Notes: a model not told the origin generated them from the sequence alone. A stretch of 64,000 nucleotides of DNA from Muribaculaceae bacterium (GCA_051871535.1 JBJECX010000006.1:9273-73272), one strand, 5' to 3'. Counted from the first letter of the stretch, positions 47,314 through 56,689 are shown. Program-made: numbers and translations.

Positions 47314-48762
47314 TCACTCGGCATCGGCAGCCGACTGATGGCGATGGCGGTCCATGATGCGATAGCCCGTGGCTGCAACAACTATGCTCATAAGCGGACT
47401 TGCCAGATTGAATACGCAATAAGGCAAATAGGTGAGTGTGGCAACACCAAGCACCGTGCTCTGCACCATGCCGCAAGTGTTCCAGGGAATAAGCACCGAA
47501 GTGACAGTAGCCGAATCCTCAGTGGCACGGCTGAGCACCCGCTGGTCGATGCCCAAGCGACGATAAATGTTGCCAAACACGCTGCCGGTGAGCAGGATGC
47601 TTATGTATTGGTCGGACGTGGCAGTGTTGAGCGTCACACCGGTGAATGCCGTAGAAGCCACCGCCGACACCCTGCCGCGCGCCACCTTGGTGAACAGGCG
47701 CGTGATGCCGTCGGTCATGCCTCCGGCCGTGAGCGTGGCACCGAAGCACATGGCACACAAAATCAGCCACACAGTGGGCATCATGCCGCCCATGCCGCGG
47801 GTAGCCACAAGCTCGGTGAGCATCTCATTTGAAGTGGATATGGCAGTTGAGCCATAAAGCACCTGCATTGAGCCGGCAAACTTGTCGCCACCGGCAAGCT
47901 CCGCAACGATGTCGGGCTGAAAGGCAAGCGCGCATATCACACCCATCACCGACGCCGTGAGCAAAGTCACCAACGCCGGCACTCGCTTCACAATCATCAC
48001 CGCCGTTATTATTGGCACCACCAGCAGCCACGCACTGACGTTGAAACGCATGGCAATAGCTCCACGAAACGCATCAAGCTCGCCCGACGTCACCGCATCG
48101 TGCTGGAATCCCGCCACAACAAACACAATCAAAGCAAGCACAAGCGACGGCACTGTGGTGATGAGCATAAACCGTATGTGCGAAAACAGCCTCACGCCAC
48201 ATATACTCGACGCAAGAATGGTGGTGTCGGACAACGGCGAAATCTTATCGCCGAAATACGCCCCGCTGATTATGGCTCCGGCAATCCAACCCTCGTCGAA
48301 CCCCTGGGCCCTGCCAATGCCCATCAGCGCCACGCCGATGGTGGCAATTGTGGTCCACGAACTGCCCGTCATCACACTCACCGCTGCACTCAGCACGCAT
48401 GTGGTGGCAAGAAACACGTCGGGGCTGATGATGTTCACCCCATAATAAATCATGGTGGGCACCACACCGCCCACCATCCACGAACCTCCAAGCGCACCAA
48501 TCAGCAACAGGATAATCACTGCCGACGACACGCTGGAAATATTCTTGGTGATTGCCGCCTCAAAGTTTCGCCAGGGCACACGGGCGTACACTGTGGCAAT
48601 GATGCAACTCACCGCCGACGCCGCCAACAGCACCACCTGAGTGGCTCCGCTGAGCGAATCGCTGCCAAAGGTGCGGATGGTGACAACAAGCATTGCAACC
48701 AACACCAGCAGCGGAACCACCGAAAGCACAATCGGCATCTGCCGAGTCTTAGTCTTCTTCAT
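47314..48762 (-). CDS. nhaC: Na+/H+ antiporter, NhaC family
   Basis: 482 aa polytopic protein with the sequence pattern of NhaC-type antiporters. Confidence 0.75.
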   Translation of the reverse strand: MKKTKTRQMPIVLSVVPLLVLVAMLVVTIRTFGSDSLSGATQVVLLAASAVSCIIATVYARVPWRNFEAAITKNISSVSSAVIILLLIGALGGSWMVGGVVPTMIYYGVNIISPDVFLATTCVLSAAVSVMTGSSWTTIATIGVALMGIGRAQGFDEGWIAGAIISGAYFGDKISPLSDTTILASSICGVRLFSHIRFMLITTVPSLVLALIVFVVAGFQHDAVTSGELDAFRGAIAMRFNVSAWLLVVPIITAVMIVKRVPALVTLLTASVMGVICALAFQPDIVAELAGGDKFAGSMQVLYGSTAISTSNEMLTELVATRGMGGMMPTVWLILCAMCFGATLTAGGMTDGITRLFTKVARGRVSAVASTAFTGVTLNTATSDQYISILLTGSVFGNIYRRLGIDQRVLSRATEDSATVTSVLIPWNTCGMVQSTVLGVATLTYLPYCVFNLASPLMSIVVAATGYRIMDRHRHQSAADAE

Positions 48763-48824
48763 TCTTCTTCAATTTCCCTTAATTATTTCAATAACCGAAA
48801 TAACACTCTTTTTCAATTGTTTTG

Positions 48825-48832
48825 CAAAGTTA
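48825..48832 (-). promoter_or_regulatory. Candidate -7 box (TAACTTTG on minus strand)
   Basis: Plus-strand CAAAGTTA, 63 nt upstream of the nhaC ATG 48762. Confidence 0.4.
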
Positions 48833-48894
48833 CAACAAACTCCCCACCCCCGCAAATAGCCCCGCCCCTCGACATAAGTCGTTTGCGGAAGATG

Positions 48895-48926
48895 CAGCAG
48901 TCGCGAATCTTGCGGCACTCGCCGGA
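48895..48926. repeat. 32 bp direct-repeat copy 1
   Basis: CAGCAGTCGCGAATCTTGCGGCACTCGCCGGA, identical to 49764-49795. Confidence 0.9.
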
Positions 48927-49093
48927 GGAAAAACACTGCATGAGCCTCTAAGCCAAGCAGGTTTTCTATGCTTGGAAGCATAGCGACGTTGTCGATAACA
49001 ACCGAGTTGATATTGAGGTCGGAAAAGAGAAGTCCATAACTTTCTGATATTTTCAGTGAAGTTATGGACCTTATGATGGTTGTGAAAAGACGC

Positions 49094-49672
49094 TTATTTC
49101 TTAGGAAATTTTGGATTAAGTTTTAAGTTGCTCATGCCTTCGTACCAAGCATTTCTTTTTTCCGGTATAGATTGAATAAAAGGCAAAATATCATCACCAT
49201 AAGCACGACTGGAATAGAAATATAAAACACATGCATTTCTACCGTTAATTGTCATTTGCTTATAATAATGCACATCAACTTCAACAGTATTCATTTTACC
49301 GTTACTACTATCGCTAACAAGAAACTCAAGGATATAATCGCCGTTATTTTCAGCGACCATATATTTAGTAATTGGGTCCGATTTTTTTCTTTCTTCCAAT
49401 TCTGCAACTTTGGCTTGAACCGCTTCTAAAGGCGTTCTATCCCAAAAGATTACACTAACTGTAAACATTTGGTTGTAGTGTTCAAGGGTTTCACCTTTTG
49501 GCAGGTACTCTTGAACAAAATAATTTTCTTGCGGTTGTGCACTCCACACAAGAGAGTATTTTGTTCCGCAGTATTTGATTGGATTTCCGACATTGAAGTA
49601 TTCCGTGGCTGATTGAGCTGACAAACTCAAACAACTCAAAAGAGATATAATAATGGATAATACTACTTTCAT
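49094..49672 (-). CDS. Secreted hypothetical protein (192 aa), low GC
   Basis: Signal peptide MKVVLSIIISLLSCLSLSAQ. No family recognised. Lies between the 32 bp direct repeats. Confidence 0.55.
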   Translation of the reverse strand: MKVVLSIIISLLSCLSLSAQSATEYFNVGNPIKYCGTKYSLVWSAQPQENYFVQEYLPKGETLEHYNQMFTVSVIFWDRTPLEAVQAKVAELEERKKSDPITKYMVAENNGDYILEFLVSDSSNGKMNTVEVDVHYYKQMTINGRNACVLYFYSSRAYGDDILPFIQSIPEKRNAWYEGMSNLKLNPKFPKK

Positions 49673-49763
49673 TTTATATTAGAGTTATATTTCATGGGTG
49701 TAAATATAATCATTCCCAACGAAATATCAACGAAATACTTCACAATCATTCACGGAAAATATA

Positions 49764-49795
49764 CAGCAGTCGCGAATCTTGCGGCACTCGCCGGA
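49764..49795. repeat. 32 bp direct-repeat copy 2
   Basis: Identical 32-mer, same orientation as 48895-48926. Confidence 0.9.
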
Positions 49796-49948
49796 AGCTT
49801 GTTTTACCCTTTTCGAGCGTAGATAAATCGCCAACTTTGTAATGGAAATTTTTCTATCGTGCTTTAGGCTTGCACAATGTTATGTGACAATCAATTCTGT
49901 TAAGCAACAATGACCTTATATTTGGCTTCGCCCTTTCCTTGGCGTTCA

Positions 49949-49975
49949 GCAATGCTCGTGCAAGCACGGCATTGC
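49949..49975. other. 12 bp-stem hairpin in a GC-rich non-coding segment
   Basis: GCAATGC-T-CGTGC AA GCACG-GCATTGC. Confidence 0.6.
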
Positions 49976-50060
49976 ATTCACTGTGGGCGTCAAGTCTTCG
50001 CAGTTTGGACTCAGAGCGGAGAAAGCGGCAATTCTTTGAAAATTGCTCCTCCTCCGCCAC

Positions 50061-50088
50061 ACTAACCTCTAACCAATAACCACTAACC
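50061..50088. repeat. Four tandem heptads NNTAACC
   Basis: ACTAACC TCTAACC AATAACC ACTAACC. Confidence 0.8.
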
Positions 50089-50113
50089 ACGGCGCAGCCG
50101 TTAATTCCACCGC

Positions 50114-50144
50114 AAAAGAAAAAGCCCCGGAGGTATCTCCGAGG
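50114..50144 (-). terminator. Rho-independent terminator (minus strand) ending the upstream part of the array
   Basis: On the minus strand, CCUCGGAG-AUAC-CUCCGGGG is followed by CUUUUUCUUUU. Confidence 0.6.
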
Positions 50145-50392
50145 CAATGCGTTATGGGATTCGTTTTGTCGGATCTCACAAGGCAAGCTCTATTACCACA
50201 TTAGCATACTCTAAATTTGTTTTAGTTAAACCTAGTAGGAAAAAATCAATGATTTTGATAAAAACAAGAGTTGGACATCTTTAAGATATAGGTTCCATGT
50301 GCTGGATTTGCTTGCAATTCAATTATTAGCAATCAGATATTCAGTCACATACATAGCGGTTAAAATATCCTAAATAACTCGCGAAACCGAAG

Positions 50393-51091
50393 TTAAAAAA
50401 CTTTTGCTATATTATAATAAAAACGCAAAGAACAAATAAATGCGTTAATGCCGATAATCATTAATGCAATACCCATTTTATTATATGCACTCGTCAAAAT
50501 CCAGATTAAAAAACACAAAATTGGAGATACAAGTATTATAAAACCTATTAGATATAACCCCAAATACCGAAATACTTTTCTACTCTTCTTATTAACGAAG
50601 CAATAAAAAGAAAAGAAATATACAACTATAAATATTGGCGTGAGAATTGAAGAAATAACCAACGACCAAAAACAACATACAATAAACAATAATAGCATCT
50701 CGACTTTTATCAATTTATTGTTACTCAGATTTTGCAATCTTTTGTATTCGTTAATATTAATGGCAAATAAATACATGGTTCCAATTACAATCAACAGTAA
50801 ATCAACAGGAGTTACAGTACAAATTCCTTGCGAGAAAACTAATGATAGCCCAATAACAAGAAAGCAAAAATAGGCAATAAATATTCTTGGGATAATAGTT
50901 GTTTTACATTCCTTCAAACGAAATACTACAGTTGTCGTTGTAATAATGCACGAAATTAAAAACACAATACCTATTATGGGATTATCTGATAATTGGAGTA
51001 AAAACACTTCACATAATAGTGGCAGACAAATCAAAGAAATGTCTATATACTTATTATTTACAAAAAACTTATTTATAAATGTATGTGCCAT
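50393..51091 (-). CDS. Polytopic membrane protein (candidate immunity protein)
   Basis: 232 aa, ~6 TM, very low GC. Its start overlaps the stop of the upstream gene by 1 nt. Confidence 0.5.
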   Translation of the reverse strand: MAHTFINKFFVNNKYIDISLICLPLLCEVFLLQLSDNPIIGIVFLISCIITTTTVVFRLKECKTTIIPRIFIAYFCFLVIGLSLVFSQGICTVTPVDLLLIVIGTMYLFAININEYKRLQNLSNNKLIKVEMLLLFIVCCFWSLVISSILTPIFIVVYFFSFYCFVNKKSRKVFRYLGLYLIGFIILVSPILCFLIWILTSAYNKMGIALMIIGINAFICSLRFYYNIAKVF

Positions 51092-51636
51092 TATCTCCGC
51101 ATATTACCATAGATATCTTCGATATACATACTATCAACTTCCGCTATACGCTTTTTTGCATAATCTACTGCCTTATAATTGCTTGTAACTTTTCCTTTTT
51201 TAGTATCACTATAACCAGGCATTGAGATTAAGGTAGTATAAAAGCCCCCCTTAGAAAAAGGGATCGCGCTAAATCGGGAACTATCCGTAATATGTACCTC
51301 CCCTTCCCTTCTATAAATTCCAATAAAGTATGTATGTTTTTTTATCGATTTCTCCATTCTTTGCTTAAATGCTTTAGTAGCAAATTTCCAATCGCCCCAA
51401 AATCCTATTGAATCAAGTTCTAACTTTCCATTAAAACCAAGATACACCGGACCCGGCATATGCACCTGCCCCATAAGAATCGCATTTGTTACACTATCTC
51501 CATATACATCTAATAATACTTTTAAAACATTAATCTCATTCTTAACCCAAAAATTAGGACTATGTGTAAGCACACAATTCTGGCTATTACAAACCGAAAA
51601 GCTAAACAAAAATAAGACATATAATAACTTTCTCAT
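51091..51636 (-). CDS. Secreted hypothetical protein (candidate immunity protein)
   Basis: Signal peptide MRKLLYVLFLFSFSVCNSQ. Follows a YD-repeat fragment ORF by 8 nt. Confidence 0.5.
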   Translation of the reverse strand: MRKLLYVLFLFSFSVCNSQNCVLTHSPNFWVKNEINVLKVLLDVYGDSVTNAILMGQVHMPGPVYLGFNGKLELDSIGFWGDWKFATKAFKQRMEKSIKKHTYFIGIYRREGEVHITDSSRFSAIPFSKGGFYTTLISMPGYSDTKKGKVTSNYKAVDYAKKRIAEVDSMYIEDIYGNMRR

Positions 51637-51643
51637 AATAGTT

Positions 51644-52021
51644 TTATTTTTTACACTTATTTAAAATATTTGATAATGTACTTGGAAAGGCGTTCACAGG
51701 CTCCCCATCTTTAGTGACTATGAAGTAGCCACGAAACTCTATTGTGCGAACCTTCGCACCTTCGGCTATGTAGATATACTTTACCTTTCTTCCGTCGGTA
51801 AATGTAATTTCTCCCGGCAAGTTTAGCAAATTGTAGATGATATTCGAGATACCCTTATTGAGGTCTCGCGTCATATTGCCGTTGGCATCGTAGGCGTATT
51901 CTTGCACTTTATTGGCTCCGTCGGTGAAATACATAGATGACACAGTATTCACTTCCTTTGCCGACGATGATGCAAGGTAGCTCATCAGCAGAATGATAAA
52001 TATGTCAACCTTGACATTCAT
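51644..52021 (-). CDS. YD-repeat (Rhs-family) fragment ORF with a hydrophobic N-terminus
   Basis: ATG 52021 gives MNVKVDIFIILLMSYLASSSA..., then YAYDANGNMTRDLNKGISNIIYNLLNLPGEITFTDGRKVKYIY (YD repeats). Only 125 aa. Confidence 0.55.
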   Translation of the reverse strand: MNVKVDIFIILLMSYLASSSAKEVNTVSSMYFTDGANKVQEYAYDANGNMTRDLNKGISNIIYNLLNLPGEITFTDGRKVKYIYIAEGAKVRTIEFRGYFIVTKDGEPVNAFPSTLSNILNKCKK

Positions 52022-52195
52022 GGCTCTTGGGGATTGATGTAATAGCAAAATTATGCATTATATTCCGTTTCGTCAAGAATAACCGCTGAAAATTCAATGC
52101 AAAGCTATGAAGATGAGTGTTTTTTACAATTGCCGGCTACTATGGCATACGCACCCTTAATGAGCATCTCACTCATAACGCCGTGGCAGTGGTTA

Positions 52196-52729
52196 CTATC
52201 CACAAGGAAACTCCCAAAAATCATCCCAGGATGTAAATAAATATAACGCAAACGCAAACGCTTGATTACCCACCACAACAAACTCTATATCCAAACCTCC
52301 GAACTGTTTGATACTAACATCCCAATGGGCAAAAATATGAGAATGTGTCCTTGAAATATATAATGGGTATTCGTCTTCAAGACACATGTAATGAAAGAAT
52401 GGATTGTGTTTATGTCTACCCTCGTCACAATCATTGAATGGCATACAATATGAAGGTGCTCCCCATCTATCGACACATTCTTTCAGTGTCATGCCTTGAT
52501 ATTGTTCTCCGGGAAGGTAAATCATTACCACATCATTTGGCACTTGGTCCAAATCGCGAGTTACAATGTTCCCAAAAAAGTCGTTGGACATTTCGCAGTA
52601 TTTCGCAATTTCAATTGAGTCAGTTTGCTTTTTTGTTAATGTTAAACTCTGTTTACTTCCGCTATTGCATGAATCTAATGTCAAAGCTATCATTAGCAAA
52701 ATGAGAATACCATAATTCATCTTTTTCAT
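52196..52729 (-). CDS. Hypothetical lipoprotein (candidate immunity protein)
   Basis: ATG 52729 gives MKKMNYGILILLMIALTLDSC (lipobox). ATGA overlap with the upstream gene. Confidence 0.5.
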   Translation of the reverse strand: MKKMNYGILILLMIALTLDSCNSGSKQSLTLTKKQTDSIEIAKYCEMSNDFFGNIVTRDLDQVPNDVVMIYLPGEQYQGMTLKECVDRWGAPSYCMPFNDCDEGRHKHNPFFHYMCLEDEYPLYISRTHSHIFAHWDVSIKQFGGLDIEFVVVGNQAFAFALYLFTSWDDFWEFPCG

Positions 52730-53271
52730 AACCTTTTGCATTTTATCACATATGTCATATTGTTATATAGAATAACCCACAAATCAACCTTCGTTTTACC
52801 TTTTAATAACAACGACTTCGTGAATCGTTCACTCAATGCAAGCGATTTATACTGCAACAAACAACCTGAATACTTGTACTTTTCAAGCACTTGCAATATG
52901 TTTTCATCACATTCATTAGCATTTATGTACTCACATTTGCCCTCCTTAAAATCATAGACCGAAATACTTGACATATCAAATTCAAAATATTCATCTAACC
53001 GATTATTTGGGATTTTAATTTCATCACAAGAATTCCTAAAATATCGAACAAAAACACTATCGGGTTTCATATAGAACGCAGTATTTTCTAAAATATCACC
53101 ACCGCTCTTTTCATCATGCAAATCTTGTATTATGGAATTAATCACATCAGAGTTTTCTACAACCGGCTCAATAGTCGTAACACTCTGTTCATCATTTTTC
53201 GTATTATTGCATGATGCAAGAATGCTAATCAGCAGTATTATCAAATATTTGTAATTTTTGCTTACGTACAT
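52726..53271 (-). CDS. Hypothetical lipoprotein (candidate immunity protein)
   Basis: MYVSKNYKYLIILLISILASC lipobox. Low GC. Confidence 0.5.
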   Translation of the reverse strand: MYVSKNYKYLIILLISILASCNNTKNDEQSVTTIEPVVENSDVINSIIQDLHDEKSGGDILENTAFYMKPDSVFVRYFRNSCDEIKIPNNRLDEYFEFDMSSISVYDFKEGKCEYINANECDENILQVLEKYKYSGCLLQYKSLALSERFTKSLLLKGKTKVDLWVILYNNMTYVIKCKRL

Positions 53272-53370
53272 AATAATTTGTTTAATAAGATTTATTTATG
53301 TTTTCTGATGATTGGCTTTTACATACGGTTTTTATTGTTTCATTTTTGAATTATTTTTTCATTACTTCTA

Positions 53371-53979
53371 TTACTTTTTCAAATCTATCCAATCATGAAA
53401 CATATAATAATCACATTTGGTTTTGTTACATTCGAATATAATCCTTGAAGCTGTATATAAATACTCGGGGGTATGGAACCAACTACCATTTTTACGAAAT
53501 GAATATGATATAGAATCCCTGTTCCGAATATTTGTGGTGTCCCATGCAGATATTAATTGCATTCTTTCTATATTTAATCTCGACAAACTATTTCCATTTT
53601 TTTGCATGACTTTTTCATATTTTACACAAGTATCTCTTTTATTCCAAAATATGCTAATACTAAACCCTTCAACACTTTGAGCATCGAGAATGAAAAGTGT
53701 GTCAGAAGATAAATTTATTGGCATAATATCATATAAGCCGGCTCGCATTTTTCTGTAAACAATCTTAAATGAATTTTCATTTGGTGTAGGCATAAAGAAT
53801 TTTATATTACCGGTTTTATATGCCATTTCTTTAAAATCTTGATACATTATACTGTCGAAATATTCTTTTGTCGTAGTATAGTCACTATTTTTACCCTCAA
53901 AAATAGTGGTTTTATCTGTTTTGCAAGAAAATATTACCTGCAAAACAATAAAAACAAAAATATAAAGTAGGTGTTTCAT
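53371..53979 (-). CDS. Hypothetical lipoprotein (candidate immunity protein)
   Basis: ATG 53979 gives MKHLLYIFVFIVLQVIFSC (lipobox). Follows the second YD fragment ORF. Confidence 0.5.
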   Translation of the reverse strand: MKHLLYIFVFIVLQVIFSCKTDKTTIFEGKNSDYTTTKEYFDSIMYQDFKEMAYKTGNIKFFMPTPNENSFKIVYRKMRAGLYDIMPINLSSDTLFILDAQSVEGFSISIFWNKRDTCVKYEKVMQKNGNSLSRLNIERMQLISAWDTTNIRNRDSISYSFRKNGSWFHTPEYLYTASRIIFECNKTKCDYYMFHDWIDLKK

Positions 53980-54079
53980 ATTTATTTGCCTCGTCTTAAT
54001 AAATAATATGTACAAAATGGCGAAAACAAAGATGATTTAGGACATACAGTTTCGTTGTTATAATAACTATAGTGTGTCC

Positions 54080-54379
54080 TCATAGGTATTTTATGCTCTG
54101 CTCGAATCTTGTTTTCAATTGAACATGCGTAAATTTCAGATTTTGTAACAATTGTATTTCTCCCGGCAAGTTTAGCAAATTGTAGGTGATATTCGAGATG
54201 CCCTTATTGAGGTCTCGCATCATATTCCCACTGGCATCGTAAGCATAAGCAGCTGAGAAATCGCCTGCGCCGGTATAAACCGCCTCCACAAGGCGGTCGA
54301 CGCCAGATGCCGACGCATAGTCTCTCCCAAATATGAAGCAACCGAACAACAAGAATAATATGCAAAGGTATCGTTTCAT
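54080..54379 (-). CDS. YD-repeat (Rhs-family) fragment ORF with a hydrophobic N-terminus
   Basis: MKRYLCILFLLFGCFIFG..., then YAYDASGNMMRDLNKGISNITYNLLNLPGEI. Only 99 aa. Shares a 92 bp DNA repeat with 51644-52021. Confidence 0.55.
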   Translation of the reverse strand: MKRYLCILFLLFGCFIFGRDYASASGVDRLVEAVYTGAGDFSAAYAYDASGNMMRDLNKGISNITYNLLNLPGEIQLLQNLKFTHVQLKTRFEQSIKYL

Positions 54380-54445
54380 CGATGAGATTTATGATATTAT
54401 GTCTCACAAATATATCAAAATCAGTATAATTGGCAAAATATATGC

Positions 54446-55078
54446 TCAATAAAACAATAATTGTGCTCTTATGTGTTTTGGTAGTGGTGTATACTTTTTG
54501 TTTGTAAAAACGATTGTTATAAAAAAGCCTTGCCCATATACCCTTAAGCCATAGTCAGTTCTTATTGTAAGGTCGTGATATATATTTGATTCCGCTACAT
54601 TCTCAACCAGCCAGTTGCGTACCGTGAAAATGCTAACGCTCGCTTTTCTTGCCGTCCAATCATCATCTTCGCTGAGTTCAGCTACTGTGCGATAGTTCTT
54701 CGATTGATAGCTAAAGTCATCGCCTGCCTTATAATAATCAATATATATGGTTTTTGCCCCATTCGCATTCTCCTTTCGCGGTTTTGCTTCTCCATATCGT
54801 ACCACCACCAACTCATCGTCTTTAACCCTTTTATCGTGTAATATTATTGGTTTAGCTGTTGGCTTTCCCTCACGGTTCTTCAAATAATAGCGTTTATTTA
54901 GCACTTCGCTAATCGATTCAAATGAGCGAAAGAGCATAAAATCAGAATCAGACAAGGCAGAAAAATTGCTATATTTTAATTGATAGACCCAATTATTATG
55001 GTCATAATCATAACTTGTTTGACATAAAGCTGTTGATACCGATACCAAAACAAGTATTAGTGCATATATTCGTTTCAT
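54446..55078 (-). CDS. Secreted hypothetical protein (candidate immunity protein), paralog of 55098-55757
   Basis: Signal peptide. Shares the block order and the C-terminal ...YTPLP..(I/Y)R motif with the upstream gene. Confidence 0.5.
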   Translation of the reverse strand: MKRIYALILVLVSVSTALCQTSYDYDHNNWVYQLKYSNFSALSDSDFMLFRSFESISEVLNKRYYLKNREGKPTAKPIILHDKRVKDDELVVVRYGEAKPRKENANGAKTIYIDYYKAGDDFSYQSKNYRTVAELSEDDDWTARKASVSIFTVRNWLVENVAESNIYHDLTIRTDYGLRVYGQGFFITIVFTNKKYTPLPKHIRAQLLFY

Positions 55079-55097
55079 ATCTTAAATGCTTTGTGAG

Positions 55098-55757
55098 TTA
55101 CAATATCATTCTGCGATAACGCGTGGGCAACGGAGTGTAATCATCTGATGTATATATGATTATAAAACCATAAGATTTCGTTCCCGCAATATTCCGAACT
55201 CCATCCAACGTCATTACCACCGTCGGATAGTATAGCAATTGCTCTGATAGATGCGAGTGATACCATTTATTCATATACATAATATCATCATATATAACTC
55301 GCAAATGCTTATGTTTTTTGCCAATTTTGTCACACAATTCGCCTAAATCCTCAATTCGGAAAATTGCCAAAGTATCACCACGCTCTTTACCTGTAACATA
55401 CCGATAAATATCAACATTATACCAGGTATCTTTATCGTTCTTTGTTTCCGTGTATTCCACGCAGATTAGTGCATCCCTCTTGAGGGCTTTGCTTTTTATT
55501 ATAATAGGCTTCCAGTTTGGGCGACCAAAATCACCGGTAAAATAACACTTCTTAAAATGGGAATCCTCGTTATTTGATATGGCGCGCAAATCGCCAAATG
55601 CTTTAAACATAACAAAATCTTCAATCATAACACTATCTATGAAATCCACACTTCCTTGCGTGAGTTGTGGAATCATATAGCTGTTTTGAGAAGCAATATT
55701 CATGGCAACGAACAGCATAATACTTAACGCCAAATATTTCAACAGCATACGTTTCAT
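55098..55757 (-). CDS. Secreted hypothetical protein (candidate cognate immunity protein)
   Basis: Signal peptide MKRMLLKYLALSIMLFVAMNIASQ. ATGA overlap with the Rhs toxin ORF stop. Confidence 0.5.
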   Translation of the reverse strand: MKRMLLKYLALSIMLFVAMNIASQNSYMIPQLTQGSVDFIDSVMIEDFVMFKAFGDLRAISNNEDSHFKKCYFTGDFGRPNWKPIIIKSKALKRDALICVEYTETKNDKDTWYNVDIYRYVTGKERGDTLAIFRIEDLGELCDKIGKKHKHLRVIYDDIMYMNKWYHSHLSEQLLYYPTVVMTLDGVRNIAGTKSYGFIIIYTSDDYTPLPTRYRRMIL

Positions 55758-56689
55758 TTCTTTTTAAGTAAATATTTTTTTAACAATGAGTCTGACGTTG
55801 GGGTACTTCCCAATTTATAAGATGAATACAAAGAATTCGCACCATTAGGATAATTGAAATATGAACCAGACTTAAAATTTGCAATCACCGTTTCAAAAGC
55901 TTCCTTATTATAGCCTTCTGTTAACGTCTTAAATGCTTTATTAAAAGCAATTTCTGCCAAATTCGGTGGATCATATTGTTCTGCAATGGACCTTGGTACA
56001 ATATAATACTCAAATGCATAAGCCTCCGCTTCATTATATATAGTTCTTCCACCTCTGCCATTTAAATACTGTGCACAATGAAATGACTCATGCGAAACAT
56101 CAGCTTTAATATCATTTGTCAATTTTATATTAACAGTGTATTCCGACTCGGAATCTTTCACTACTGAGCTCTTGCTATTATTAAATGTAAAATAGTACGA
56201 TTCAGAAGAATTAATTAAGTCAGTAATTAGCCCATTACCATTTTCGTAAACAACGTTTAGTGCCAAAGCCATCTTTTTAGAAATGTCATCTAAATCTAAT
56301 TCAGGCATATATTCATAAATAGAACCATTTGGAAGATAAATAACCTTTCCACTCGGGTCAACGTATTTCACCGGATTTCCGGCGCACCAGAGGTAGGGAC
56401 TGAGACCGTAGTATTTTTCGGATTTAGGGTCCATTGTGGTGGTGCGGCCGAGCAGCGAGTCATACCATCGGGCTTCGGAGTCGTATAGGTCGAGGCCATG
56501 GGTGCGGTCGAGTTCTTTTGCTCCGTATTTATAGGGCTGTACTGCTCCTGCAGTGGTGAATGGCGTGCCGTAGGGATAATAGTCGTTGCTCTCCACCTCT
56601 GCCCCATCTTGGCGCACTACGATGCGCACATTGCCTTGGTAATCCTTGATGTAGTGGTGCAGGTTACTGAATAATTGCCTCGCTTCCAT
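55754..56689 (-). CDS. Orphan Rhs C-terminal module: RHS repeat-associated core + HExxH toxin domain
   Basis: YIKDYQGNVRIVV...DYYPYGTPF...YKYGAKELDRTHGLDLYDSEARWYDSLLGRTTTMDP...SPYLWCAGNPVKYVDPSGK is the Rhs core. It is followed by a ~190 aa tip containing HESFH. A full Rhs protein is >1000 aa. Confidence 0.75.
   Translation of the reverse strand: MEARQLFSNLHHYIKDYQGNVRIVVRQDGAEVESNDYYPYGTPFTTAGAVQPYKYGAKELDRTHGLDLYDSEARWYDSLLGRTTTMDPKSEKYYGLSPYLWCAGNPVKYVDPSGKVIYLPNGSIYEYMPELDLDDISKKMALALNVVYENGNGLITDLINSSESYYFTFNNSKSSVVKDSESEYTVNIKLTNDIKADVSHESFHCAQYLNGRGGRTIYNEAEAYAFEYYIVPRSIAEQYDPPNLAEIAFNKAFKTLTEGYNKEAFETVIANFKSGSYFNYPNGANSLYSSYKLGSTPTSDSLLKKYLLKKK

Noticed and set aside
50061-50088. 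Heptad repeat (GGTTAGT on the reverse strand), considered as telomere-like sequence.
   Set aside because: It has only four copies, is not a permutation of known telomeric heptads, and sits in the interior of a bacterial chromosome.
49854-50186. 110 aa minus-strand ORF in the GC-rich island.
   Set aside because: Its composition is not protein-like, and it spans the hairpins, the heptad repeats and a terminator. I treat the region as non-coding.
50150-50190. A possible tRNA 3' fragment or att remnant (…CGAATCCC…) near the array terminator.
   Set aside because: No T-arm or acceptor pairing can be drawn, and only a 7-8 nt resemblance exists.
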